From positions 33,108,001-33,172,000 of the forward strand of contig CP158635.1 of the NCBI GenBank assembly GCA_050273025.1: 64,000 nt of DNA, in the 5' to 3' direction. The DNA is from Cenococcum geophilum. Lineage: Eukaryota. This document shows, piece by piece, positions 1-12,584 of the stretch; position 1 is the first letter of the stretch, and each line of letters opens with the position of its first letter. The translations under genes were made by a program, and so were the position numbers. The notes beneath the pieces were generated by a model. It was given only the letters and a program-made list of their open reading frames with translations. It had not been told where the DNA came from and ran no database searches.

Positions 1-482
1 AGGAACCCGTTAACTCTATAGGACTTACACAAGCCGCAGAAGACTTTCACAAACTCCACCCAGAACTACCACAGCCCCATCTTGCAAAAGCTCAAGTTTA
101 AAGGGGGGGTACTATTATAGGACACCCCCGTAACACCTTATATACGTTTACCTATTTCTACCGACTTAGCAATTAAAGACTAACCATAAAATGGCAATTT
201 AACGGCAATCTAATGGCAATCTAACAGCAATCTACGGCATTCTGCCATATTCTGCCAAGTTCCATTAAATTCTACTAAGTTCTGCCAGGACCATGACCTA
301 AACCCTATTCTACCTATGTACGTGTTAACTAAGCAACCAAGCCAATAATATATGCCCTTTCTTCCCATTTTCCTACCTTCTTTCCTTACGCAACGTCTTG
401 ACTTTATTACGCAGTTTATATACATAGCTTAATAATACCTACTTCGCTATATATTATCACCGCTTATGCTTACTCCGTGACA
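1..482 (+). mobile_element. 3' end of Ty3/Gypsy chromovirus family A (chromodomain tail, PPT, 3' LTR 113-482); truncated by window edge
   Basis: EPVNSIGLTQAAEDFHKLHP end of pol, PPT AAAGGGGGGG at ~100-109, LTR ending CCGTGACA, homologous to LTRs at 933-1280 and 6511-6880. Confidence 0.9.
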
Positions 483-932
483 CTAGGTCTGGAAAGCTTC
501 GTAGGTTAATAGGCTACTTATTTCCTTCTCCGCTATTATTATAGAATAGGCCTAGTCCTAGGATTCCCTTTATTGGTTCTATTGCTATTACTTTTATAAA
601 TTTAATAAAGGCTTATATAAAAGTAAGAAGAATTATATATACTATTATAAATATAGTAAATAAAAAATTTAAAACTTCCTTCTGTTGTTCCTGGTGTACT
701 ATAACTCTCTTTTTTATTCTCCGTCTTGCCGTACTATATTCTTATATTCCCGCTACTAATTATCTATTTCGTCTATTATAGGTCTTAGATAAGGAACTCT
801 AAAAGTATTATTAACTCATTTTAATAATAGTAATACCTACACATATCGCTAGTAGTTTTACGCTTAGTTTCTATACCTATTAACGACTTAACAGCTTTTA
901 ATAACTAGGGACTTAATAGTTTTTAGTCCTTC

Positions 933-3900
933 TGTTATGGGACACCCCTATAATACCTTATATACGTTTACCTATTTCTACTAACTTAGTAACTAAAGAC
1001 TGACCACGAGACGGCAACTTGCTATATTCTACTATATTCTACTAAGTTTTACTAAGTTTTACTAAATCCTACTAAGTTCTGCTAGGACTACTACCTAAAT
1101 CCTATTTTACTTTATATACGTATTAACTAAACAACTAAGTCTATAATATATACCCTTTCTTCCCATTTTTCTACCTTCTTTTCTTATATAACGTTTTAAC
1201 CTCCTTATATAGTTTATATATATAGCTTAATAATATCTACCTTGCTATATATTATCGCCGCTTATACTTACTCCGTAACACTACGTTGTATTAACTACTT
1301 ATACTACCGTTAACATATAAAACAAACCTAAAACTTCTATAACGGCCGCCGGTATTATATCCGTACTCTAAGAATAATTAGTAGGGATATAGAAGTCTTT
1401 TATAGACGCCCTTATATAAAACTAAGCTATTTTAAATTAATAATAAGCCGAATAAGAAGTATAATACTAGTAATTAATTAAGGACCTCTAAGAAGAAATC
1501 TGCACCCTTAAGATGCCTATACTAGGACTTTAAGGCTAAACGCCTTCTTTAGAGATAAATACGCGGAACATAAGCCCCGAACCTATAGTAGTCTCTTACC
1601 CTAAGCCGACTACTATACCGTAATAATCCAAATAACTACTAGGTTCTTTAGTATTTATTAATAAATAATAAGAGCTCTAATTATTTTTAAGCTAGCTTAA
1701 AAATAAGTTAACTAGTAATATTAACCGCTACCTAACTAAAGCTAACTAATTCTATTACGCCCTAAGTTAAGTAGAAGGAGAGGTAGCTAACCTTATTAAA
1801 CCTTTTTAACCGAACTTAGTATAAATCCTAGTTATACTTCTTAAAGCTATATATAGTAACCTAAACTACTAAGCTACTGCTTAGAGGAAAATAAACTATA
1901 TAGCTTAAGGAACGAAAAGTTTCCCAGTATACTTCTCTAAATTTAACTATTATATAAAGGAAACTGGCTAGAACAACTCTGCACTAATTAACAGCCTTAT
2001 TAAATCCCTAAGCCCTAAACTAAAACCCTCCCTAATAGGTATAGACCTACTAAGAGCCCTTAATATTTATATAAACGTTATTAATAAATAGTATAATAAT
2101 ATACTACGCCTAACACCGAAACACGCTCCTTAATATAATATAATAGCCCTATAAACGTTTACTAAGTTATCTTAGTTTAAGCACCCTAACGCTATAGATA
2201 CTAATACCGAGACCCTAGGATACGCCCTACTAGGGTCCTTTAAATAAAAATAACGCATTAAGCTAGGCCTCTGCTTTAAATATAGAAGTAACTTCTACCT
2301 CTTTAACTACTACTCTATCTCTATACCTAAACACGATTTATAAACGGCTAATACTAGTAACCGTTTACCACATTAATCTTTTAGTTACTACCCCTAATCT
2401 TTACCTAGTTCTAGCCCTATATTTAGTAAGCACTACTTATAAGGGTAAGCTATAACTAATATTCTATAGAAACCCCTTCCCGCTCGCTATTAAAAGGTAT
2501 ATTTTAGAGTTAAGTCGCTCTCTAAAACGGCTCTGCCTTAGGATCTTATTAAATACTTTAGATATTATAAACTTTAACTCTTAGGATTATAGTATAACTA
2601 TTAACTATTATCTTTAGTAGAATAATTAATAGGTTAATACTTAAGTCCTAATTAATATAGGAGCTAGTAGTATGGGATTTATTAATAAGATCTTTATGTA
2701 AGATAATAGTTTTACCTTAACCCCCCTTAACTGGTATATTAATATATTTAGATTTAATAGTAAACGTACGGTCTTAGGCCGAATTACCTATATAGTATAT
2801 CTAAGACTTTAATACCTAAACCATAAAGAACTAATTAAGCTCTTTATTACTACCTTAAGTTACTTAATAATTTTTAGATAACCCTAGATAAAGCTATATA
2901 AGGTAACTATTAATTAGGATAACTTTAAGTTTTTATTTACCGCCTTCTATTATAAGCAGAAGTGCCTTATAATATACCGTTCTAACCCTAAATTAAAATC
3001 TAAGAAATCTACTAAAATCTATTAGCTTAAGATTTCTACTAATGTCCACCCTATGCCTAAGGAATTTACTAAATTCTACTAACCTAGAAATTCTACTAAA
3101 TTCTACTAATATAAGATTTCTACCGATATCTATTAAGGATCTAAAAATTCTACTAAACCCCATAAATAGACCCTAAGTACTATACCGCCCCAAACTAAGT
3201 AGAAGCTTAAGCTTAGTATATAAAACTACTAGAAGAACTAGTACTCTGTAATAAAAAGAATACTTAAAGAACCCGAACCTAAATTTAATACTAACTCTAT
3301 ACCTAATACCGAACCTAAAATTAAGTAAGGAACTATATAAGAAACTACAAATGACTAGAGCCCGCTTAACGCCCTAAATATCTATATAATTAGAGCTACC
3401 CCGCTAGCGTAACTCGCTAAGAAACCTAAATATACGATCTTTGCTATTACTATGGCTAATATTAAAAAGGCCTTAGCATCGAAAAAGTACACTAACCCTA
3501 CTATAAGGGTACTAGTAGAGTACTATAACCGCCTAGAAGTATTTTTATAAAAGGAAGCTAATAAGCTACCGGAACACTAATTATATAACTATAAGATTAT
3601 ACTTAAAGAAGGAAAATAGCCTAGATTTAGACCTCTATATAGAATGTTCTAAAACAAATTCTAAGTGCTATAAAAGTATTTAGATAAGAACCTAAGCAAA
3701 GGATTTATTAGTAAGCTCTTCACCTATAGCTATACTAGTAATCTTTATTAAAAAACTAGGCGGCGGATTACGCTTCTGTATAGACTACTAAGCTTTTAAC
3801 GCCGTTACCGTTAAAAACTAATATCTAATCCGCTAATATAAGAGACGCTAAACTAACTAAGTAAGGCTCGCTTTTATATAAAGCTTAATATTATCTTTAT

Positions 3901-6880
3901 ATTTAACTGCCTCTATATTATAAAAGAAGATAAATAGCTTACCGCATTTTATACCCGATATAGATTATTTAAGTACTTAGTAATACCCTTTAGCCTTATA
4001 AACACTCCAAGCTTATTTTAATATTATATAAATAACACCCTATATTCTTACCTAGATCTCTTCTATACTGCTTATATTAATAACATTCTAATATATAGTA
4101 ATAACCTAACTAAATACCGGAAATACGTTAATCTTATATTATAAGCCCTATAAGGAGCTAGTCTATAATTAGATATAGATAAATACAAATTTTATAAAAT
4201 AGAAGTCCTATACCTTAGGCTTTTTATTTCTATAAATAGTATATAAATAGACCTAAAGAAAGTTAAAGTAATTATAAACTAGTAAGAACTTAAGAATATT
4301 AAGGATGTAAGAGCCTTTATAGGATTTACCAATTTCTACTAACGGTTTATTAATAACTTCTCCACCTTAGTTTTACCCCTTATAGCTTTAACCTAAAAGG
4401 ATAAAGCCTTTATCTTTAATAAGGAATGTAAAAAGGCCTTTACTTATTTAAAGGTTATATTTACTACCGCGCCTATACTTTAATACTTTAACCTAAACTA
4501 AATAAGTGTTATAGAAGCCAACTTATCTAACTACGTCACCGGAGGCATCCTATCTTAGTATAACGAGGATGGAGTATTGCACCCTATAGTATACTACTTA
4601 AAATAATTAAGCCTAGCTAAATATAACTATAAGATTTATAATAAGGAGTTACTAGCTATTATTAGATGTTTTAAATAATAGCGATCTAAACTAAAAGGCG
4701 CTAGATTTCTAATTAAGGTCCTTAGCAACTATAAGAATCTATAGTACTTTACAACCATAAAATAGCTAAGCTCTTATTAGGCCCGCTAGTTAAAATATCT
4801 ATCTTATTTCTAATTTTTAATTATATACTACCTAGGCGTTTAAGGTTAGAAGCCTAATACTTTAACCTAACATTTATAAGACGTGTTAGTACTAAAAAAA
4901 GCGCGCTCCTACTAAAATCAGACCCTACTTTATCCTAAACTATTTAACCCTCCTACTAAAGACCTTATAGTATACATCCTTAAAATAACTAATTAATTAA
5001 TTAAATAGATTATAATAGATAAATACTTAAATAATAAGTTTATCTAAGAGAAGCTTAAGCTAATCTATAACGGCGTTAAACGCTTTAAGAAGATCTTTTT
5101 AAGTAAATATAAAGCTTATAGAAACCGCTTATATTACTAAAACTATCTAGTTATCCCTAATTATAATAAACTTAAGCTTAAGCTCCTTAAATACGTATAC
5201 GACCTACTAGTAGCCGGCTACTTAGGCTAAGGAAAACCCCTAGAACTACTCTAATAAGAATATTATTAGCCGAATATATATAATATAATATAAAGATACG
5301 TCTCTAGCTACTATATCTGCTAACAAGCTAAAGCTTTATATAAGACGTATAACGGCCTTTTAAAGCTACTACCTATTTTAGACTAAAGATAAAAGGATAT
5401 CTTTATTAACTTTATTATTAACCTTCCCGTAAGTAAGGGCTGTATAAATATTATAGTAGTTATAAATTAACTATCTAAAATAAGATACTTAATTGCCTGC
5501 CCTAATATATTAATACCTATTATTACCTAACTGTTTCTAAATTATATATAGAAACTCTACAGACTCCGTAAAACAATTATCTCTAATAAAGGTAGCTAGT
5601 TTATCTCTATATTTTAGAAAAAACTAACTACCTAACTCTATATTAAAGTACTATTAGTTATAGTATACTACTTAGAAATGGATAGCTAAATGGAATATAT
5701 AAATACTATAATGGAATAGTATATTTAGATATATATAATGTACTTATAAGATAACTAGATTAACTAGCTTGTATTTACTAAGTTTGCTATAAATAATTTC
5801 GCCTTAGAAACTATAAAGGTCTCCCTATTCCTAGCTAACTACGGCTAGTATTTATAAATGGGTTTTAAACCCTTTAGTAATATTCCTCGCCTTACTTATT
5901 ACGCCTTATAAGTTATAAAAGTAAATAAATTTATAGAGAAGATAGAGGAACTATAATAGTTTCTTACTAATGAAATAATATAGGCTTAATCTGTCTATAA
6001 AGCCGCAGCGAATAAGAAATAAACTATAGCACCGGCCTATTAAATTAGTAACTTTATTTAGCTAGATATAAGAAATCTAAATACGAAATAACTTACTAAG
6101 AAGCTTAATTGGAAGAATACTAGCCCTTATAAAGTTAAGAAGGTTGTTTTCTCCTACGCCTATTAACTAAAGCTCCCTAATATAGTTAAAATCTACCCTA
6201 TATTCTATACGTTAGTCCTCTACCCTACTACTTTTATATTAAACGCCTTGCCTAGACAGATATAAGACCCTCCCCTATTAGTTAAAGTAGATAGTAAAAA
6301 CGAGTACTTTATTAAAAGAATTAATAATATTAAGTATAATAAACATAAATGCTAATATATATATCTTATAAAATAAAGAGGCTTTACTAAGCCCTTATAG
6401 GAACCTATTAACTCTATAGGACTTATATAAGCTATAAAAGACTTTTATAAACTCTACCTAAAACTACTATAGCCCTATCTTATAGAAGCTCGAGTTTAAA
6501 GGGGGGGTTCTATTATAAGATACCCCCGTAACACCTTATATATATCTACCTATTTCTACTAACTTAGTAACTAGAGACTAACTATAAGATAGTAATCTAA
6601 TAGCAATCTAACGGCAACTTACTATATTCTACTATATTCTACTAAGTTCTACTAAATTTTACTAAATCCTACTAAGTTCTGCCAGGACTACTACCTAAAT
6701 CCTATTCTACTCTATGCACGTATTAACTAAGTAACTAAGTCTACGATATATACCCTTTCTTCCCGTTTTCCTACCTTCTTTTCTTATATAACGTCTTAAC
6801 CTCCTTACACAGTTTATATATATAGCTTAATAATATCTACCTTGCTATATATTATCGCCGCTTATACTTACTTTGTGATA
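933..6880 (+). mobile_element. Full-length RIP-inactivated Ty3/Gypsy chromovirus, family A
   Basis: LTRs 933-1280 and 6511-6880; TSD CCTTC/CCTTT (one C>T); PPT before 3' LTR; RT remnants LTAFYTRYRLFKYLVIPFSL and AYINNILIYS (~3940-4100), RNase H YKIYNKELLAI, integrase and chromodomain remnants. Confidence 0.95.
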
Positions 6881-7682
6881 CCTTTTATAGTTACAGTACG
6901 TTCCTATACGTCTCCTATATATAGTACTAGACTTCTAGTCTAAAGAGCTTACTATTGTCTCTATATAAAATGCTATATAATATATAGGCGGGTACGGTCT
7001 CTCTTATATATAAAGTTATAGTATAGTTAGTTAGTTGGTTAATTGTAGTTAGCTAAAAGGAAAGCGGTTAGTAAAAAGAGAAGTAAAGAGTATATTAGAA
7101 GAAGAAACTATATATCTATTAGGCCTTATTTAAGTTATTAAAGACTTTAGGGCTGTAAGCTAACCTATATATCTATAGAATGCCTATACTCTCCTAAAAC
7201 TATGCCTAATCTAGATATTAAATCTAGTAGGCTAATTTATCCTACTATAATATAAGCGTATATCTTTCCTCTACTATATCTATTATAACAGACCTTCTCT
7301 AGTATTAAGCTCTTAGTATCTCTAGTCTATCTAGATAGACGGTTAAGGCGAGAAGTATTGTTTACGTAGGTACTAAAGATAAGAGGAGAAGACTTTAGAT
7401 TAAAGCCTTAATTAATTACGCGGTAATATATATCTTATACGCCTTCCCCTAATAGGGTTCTATAAGAGTTAGCCTATTATTACAGCACTAATGTGTATAA
7501 CCTGGGTAGGGCTTAGTAGGGGTTTGCTTAAGGCTTAGCTCCTACTGTATATAGATATGTCCTTTCCTATACCTTCTTCTACTCCTTATCTTAATATCTA
7601 AGTTTATAGACATTCTAATTGTATAGGCTTGCGCTTGTTGTATTATAGTGCTAGAGTCTTAATTAACTAAGTCGCTGTAATA

Positions 7683-7802
7683 CCTATATATAAATACTAA
7701 AATTAAAAGTACGCGTATAGTTATAAAGCCTTAATCCTATTGGCCCTATTAGCTAGCCCTTATTAATAACCGTAGGACCTATTTTACTAGGGGAAAAGAT
7801 AG
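7683..7802 (+). repeat. ~120 bp direct repeat, RIP-mutated copy (partner at ~10135-10250)
   Basis: TAATCCTATTGGCCCTATTAGCTAGCCCTTATTAATAACCGTAGGACC vs TGATCCTATTGATTCTATTGGCTGGCTCTTATCGATAACCGTAGGACC; differences mostly transitions. Confidence 0.8.
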
Positions 7803-7915
7803 TTCGCTTGGAAATTTATATTATCTTTATAATTTCGGCAGCTAAGATTCTATAAGCTTTAAGAGCTATAATTTAAGCCCTGGTGGCTGGATTATAGCCC
7901 CCTATGGAACGTTTA

Positions 7916-9680
7916 ACGTAGTTGACCAGGAAGCGAGCCACCCCACGTAGCGAGCCACACCAGAATATTCCTAACATTTTTTATTTTATAGCAAATTACA
8001 CCAAAATCAAAAAGCCTCAGCATATTACAAGATGCCAAATCAATCTTTGCTCTCTCGCGAAGCCGAGACTACTATACAAAATATTATACAAGATCTTTCT
8101 TCTAGTGTTGAGCCGTCGATTCGCAAGGCCTCTAGCGCCCACAGAGCACCTAGATCTACTATTAAACATCGTCTTACTAGCCGTCTCCCACGACACAAAG
8201 CTTACCTAGGTTTATTACATCCTTTATAAGAACAGTAAATTATTAAATAGATCCATAAATGTTAATCCTAGGGCCTTTTGTTAAAGGTTAATATACTCTT
8301 AAAAATGGCTTATTCCCTTTTAGGAAAAGGCTAAACTGTAGACAAGTATTGGGGGTAAAGATTTGTTTAACGCCACGGTCTTAGTACTATATTAAGTCAT
8401 TAGCTTGACTGCTAGAGAGCTTAAAATAACGATCCAGTAGTTATACGTAATTGGTTTACTTTCTTCTATGCCGTTTATAAGCGATATTAAGTTAAGCATT
8501 TAAAATTTATTAGCAACTTTAACGAGAAGGGGGTAATGCTAAGCCTTACAGCGGCAGCCTAGGTAATTATGTTGGGTAAGATATATAGGGAGAGGTTAAA
8601 AAATTTAATAGTTATATAGCTGGGCTCTTGTAAGTTGGTATATATTATTAAGACGATTTATACTAATAGCTTTTTACTACCTACCTTCTTAATTTAGAAG
8701 GCGCAAATCTATCTAAAAGAATAGTATTAAATTAGTAAGTAAAATAAGGGCCTTCGCGGATATATATACGCCACCTCCTCTAGTAGGTAGATAGAGAACT
8801 CTTTAGGCCTATATTATATTAAACATTATAATAAGCATATAAGACATCCTATAGAAGATTCCGACGGTAGAATACAGTAATATCGCCTACTTTTAATAGA
8901 TAACTATTTAAGCCACCTTACCTAGCAATTTGTTTAGTATATGCTCGTGCACAAGATTATTCTAGTAGCCCTACTACGTTATTTAACTTATAGGCTTTAA
9001 CCACTAGATATAGGTTATTTTAGGCCACTCTCTTACTACTATAGGAAGTAAGTAGATGACTTCTATCGATATAGCCACTTAGGCGTTAATAAGGAATATT
9101 TTTTAAAGCTCTACTTGAAGGCGTATATAGGCATTTACCCCTAATACAATTTACAGCGCCTAGAAAGCTATAGGCCTTCTACTCTATAATCCTACTGCTG
9201 TTTTAAAAACTCTTATATAAGAGAGGTAAGCCTAATTCTAATTATACTCACCAGGGCTTAGAACGGCTCTACTTAATATAGCAACATTAAGCTCCAGTAG
9301 AGTCGTTAGTGTCTTTAGAGTGCGTAAACCAGTAGGTATATTTAATTCCCCATATCCTGGCTTGTAGAAGGCTCTATATAGGTATTTAGGTGCAATTCGC
9401 AGCCTATAAATAAGTAGATTAACGGGTCGTTGATCCAGAAAGGGACGTCGTAGGAATGTAGTAGTCGCCCGTGCAATTGGTCGGCGCGCGAGTCTATATC
9501 ACCACCATAACGTAGTTAAATTAATTCAAGCAATATTATAATCCAAATAGTAATATAAAAGCTTTAATTTGGCCTATTTGAAATATATATAAGCTCGTTG
9601 TTGATTTTATTATAAATTGATCAAATATCACCTGTATGTGGCTCGCTACGTGGGGTGGCTCGCTTCCCGGTCAGCTACGT
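7916..9680 (+). mobile_element. Fot1/pogo-type DNA transposon, RIP-inactivated transposase from ATG 8032
   Basis: 44 bp TIR ACGTAGYTGACCRGGAAGCGAGCCACCCCACGTAGCGAGCCACA, TA TSD on both sides; HTH-like SIRKASSAHRAPRSTIKHRL, then NWF...NFNEKG and LQPLD-like DDE remnants. Confidence 0.95.
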
Positions 9681-10677
9681 TAGCGGTGGATCTTTTAGTA
9701 GCCATTTAGAAAATTAAAAGAGACTTGAGGGCTGCGGAATTGGGCTGCTAGGAGGCAGACTTAGTACGACGCTTGGTGACGTGGCAGGATTCTACCGGCA
9801 GAATCCCGGTTTTCCGCCCCGGCGGTAAGCTGGTTTGGCGGTAAAGACTTTTGAAACGCACCTCTGTGAAAAGCACACGGATTGAACAGATTATGAATGG
9901 AGGCGATTTGCAACCGAACAACCCCTAATTTGTCAACGACGTGCTGCAATCGATCGTCGTTCAATTCAGGAGTAAGGTCGGCCTAATTGAAGGTTCCAGT
10001 CGATTTGGTTCAAATATAGGGACGGCGTTCGATTTGCTCGATATACTTACTGTTCATGATTCGATCGTTCGGTCTGTCGTTCAGTCGATCGATAGGTTGA
10101 TCGATCGTTCGGCTAGGGCCCTACGATAGTTGGACCGTGCGCGAACACCAGAATCACAAATACGCTATGACCATGGGCCTTGATCCTATTGATTCTATTG
10201 GCTGGCTCTTATCGATAACCGTAGGACCATTTTACCAGCGGAAGGGATAGCAATTGTAACGGCCTACCTTTAGGTTAGAGGCCTAGAGGATACTAAGAGC
10301 CTTAATCGAACGGCTGCACGGTAGAGCCTTGATTGAACAACTGTTCAGAAGCATTTGTCAATCGAACAAATCAATCAAACGACTAGCCGAACGGTTACCA
10401 GCAGACGGGATATACAGTTAGTAGGGAACTGAATACCCGTACACAAATCTGCAGCTAGGGGGAGCCGGTTGTGCGATTGGCTATGCCTGCTAGGGAACTG
10501 AAATCTTGCTAGGGGAACTTAGATTCTACTAGGGGGCCTCCAATTTGCTAATATTGATGTCTGAAAGTGGAACGCGCGTCGGGTTTCGACCTAGGTCTGC
10601 AATTACTAAAACTATAAAGTGGCTCGTTGGCAACTTGTCTTATAAATCTGAAGTGGTTCTTGCCTTCATTTATTACT

Positions 10678-11388
10678 ATGGGCTGTGGGAACTCTAAACA
10701 AGGGACTGAAGAGATAGAATTAAGGCCGAGAACCACTGAAAATCGCCAGCTGCGCACCAGCTCTCAAGTGCCTCAGTCTCGCCGGGGCGAAACAAGATTC
10801 CAGCAAAGTCCAGGCGCAACAACAGCCACGCGAACTCACACGCGACGAGACACTGCACGAAGTTCCCATAGTAGACAGCGAGACCTCACAACTGCACAGC
10901 GCCGGGACCACCGAACCCGCAGCAATTATCGTGTACCAAGGACTATACAGGAAACAGAGGATAAAGTCATACATCACGACTTGGGCAAACTCGCTAGCAA
11001 TATCAATCAGCATTCTCTAAATTTCTATAACGCAAACGCCGACTCGGTCTCCCGCATAATCGGCCGAAGCATTTTGGATGAGGCTATTATAGGTCGCGTT
11101 GATGGTACATCTCTGTATGCTCCCCCACTCCTGTTCAATAAGACTCAGCTGCAAGTGATAGCACCAATCGTGGCCAATCATTTACTCGATCGCCTCGCAC
11201 ACTACCCCTCCAGTCAGACAGAGGAACAACGGAACACACATTTAGTCCAAATATGCAACGAAGGTGTATCTATAAGAAGGTCGATTGACAACCACCCTGC
11301 AACCTGGACTTTTGGGTCCTGGGATCCTGGCGTCAGATTTCCGAGCGTGCGAAGAGATGGGCATGAGGTTTCACCAGCCGAAATATAA
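10678..11388 (+). CDS. Intact 236 aa hypothetical protein with N-terminal myristoylation/palmitoylation motif (MGCGNSK), Arg/Thr-rich linker and compact C-terminal domain
   Basis: First ATG at 10678 (ORF track starts at upstream TTG); TATAAA at 10613 and 10641; no RIP stops, CpA retained; possible in-frame 51 nt intron 11105-11155 (GTACAT...AAG) would not change the frame. Confidence 0.8.
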   Translation: MGCGNSKQGTEEIELRPRTTENRQLRTSSQVPQSRRGETRFQQSPGATTATRTHTRRDTARSSHSRQRDLTTAQRRDHRTRSNYRVPRTIQETEDKVIHHDLGKLASNINQHSLNFYNANADSVSRIIGRSILDEAIIGRVDGTSLYAPPLLFNKTQLQVIAPIVANHLLDRLAHYPSSQTEEQRNTHLVQICNEGVSIRRSIDNHPATWTFGSWDPGVRFPSVRRDGHEVSPAEI

Positions 11389-11523
11389 TTTTTGATTGAT
11401 TTAAACGGATTGTACGCGTCTTGCGGACTCATGGCTCCTATCGCAATCAATATTTATGGAACGGCACCGACCTCGAAACAAGACACGCAAGTATCATATT
11501 TGCTATTCCGCCTTTTTCCCGCA

Positions 11524-12256
11524 TTACCGCCAAGAGCTTTGCCTAGCCCTTTTTCGAAGCCACAAATGTATTCTCTGGCTCGCTTTTCGTTCGCTGAGAT
11601 CCATCGACATCGTGGGGCTAGACTTTATGTTTGAGGTGGGTGATCCCCGGATAGGGGGGAGTGTGAATGGCCTTTGGTGTAGGTCAAATGGCGATCGAAG
11701 AGATAGGTTTTCGAGAGATAGGTTACCTAGGTTCGTGAAGGCTCAGTTTGGCTTGGCCTGCCTGAAGTGAAGTGAGTGGAGATTTTCACTAACCTAAAGC
11801 CGCACAGGGACGTATAAGCGGCCCATGACGGAGGGAGCCCTCGCCTTGCATTCGCAATTCTTTTACAAAGAACAGTTTCATATCTATCCTTGATAATGTT
11901 GAATGACACTGGAGAACTGCGTTTTCGTAGGTTTGAGCTACTGCCTTATTCTTTAATACCCATCCGAAATTCCTGGACCACCGTCCGCTTTTCTTCATAT
12001 CTTGTACTAGCTTCTGCGCTTTAGTCAATTCAACCTCGGCCTCGCGTATATCTTGACAGAATTGTTGTTTTTGAGTATCATCTAAGTGTTGATGAAGTGC
12101 CTCCAGGTTTGAGCAGATTTCAGAGACGAGATCTGTAGTCCTAGAAATAGTTCGGTGATAGCCTTGGATTTCTTCCCCCGCGCCAGCAATTCTATTCCCG
12201 TAGTCTAAAAGTAAAAGGATAGATTGAAGGATACTAAGAGGGTCAGGAATATTCAT
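11524..12256 (-). CDS. Intact two-exon 221 aa protein: HeLo-like/fungal STAND N-terminal-type helical domain plus Ser/Pro linker and basic C-terminal helix
   Basis: Exon 1 12256-11794 (DPLSILQSILLLL...FGWVLKNK...LQCHSTL); 67 nt phase-1 intron 11793-11727 (GTTAGT...ACTGAG...CCTAG) removes the apparent stop and joins in frame to exon 2 11726-11524 ending RIHLWLRKRARQSSWR*; domain call is motif-based only. Confidence 0.75.
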
Positions 12257-12344
12257 TATATACGAATCCTCGGTTTTGAAGAGTCAGTAAGAACGATGAA
12301 AGCTGCCAAAACGTGCTGAGCAGGGGAGGGGCTACTTAAAATCC

Positions 12345-12584
12345 ATGAGGCTCTTTTTTTTTCTTGGTGCGGTTTGTCTTCAGCTTGTGGCCTTGTCGTA
12401 TGTAACGCAGATCGAAACGCGTCAGAGTATAGTTGGTTATTCCTGCGCGGCAAATTGTCCAATAGAGAGGGTACACAAGGGAGTAATAAGATATGGATTG
12501 GACAGTAGCCTTTGGCTTCCGACGGCTTATTTACACGCTTTTCACTCTACCTTTTCATCGTATCTAAAAACGTTAATATTATAA
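12345..12584 (+). CDS. Possible small secreted peptide (79 aa), doubtful
   Basis: MRLFFFLGAVCLQLVALS resembles a signal peptide followed by ETRQ and CAANC, but the ATG is only 89 bp from the divergent ATG at 12256. Confidence 0.2.
   Translation: MRLFFFLGAVCLQLVALSYVTQIETRQSIVGYSCAANCPIERVHKGVIRYGLDSSLWLPTAYLHAFHSTFSSYLKTLIL

Noticed and set aside
210..425. 71 aa ORF
   Set aside because: Lies antisense within an LTR; not preserved in sister LTRs
10720..11770. Short ORFs overlapping the two genes (97, 78, 80, 104 aa)
   Set aside because: Antisense or alternate-frame shadows; the 104 aa ORF mirrors exon 2 of the minus gene
11789..11850. CAAX box or amyloid motif at the end of the unspliced 155 aa ORF
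   Set aside because: Cys is at -5 (CAALG), QGEGSLRHG is a poor HRAM/PP match, and splicing likely extends the protein
12256..12462. 68 aa ORF with TAATG stop-start overlap onto the HeLo-like gene
   Set aside because: Starts at TTG with no other support; likely 5' UTR/promoter
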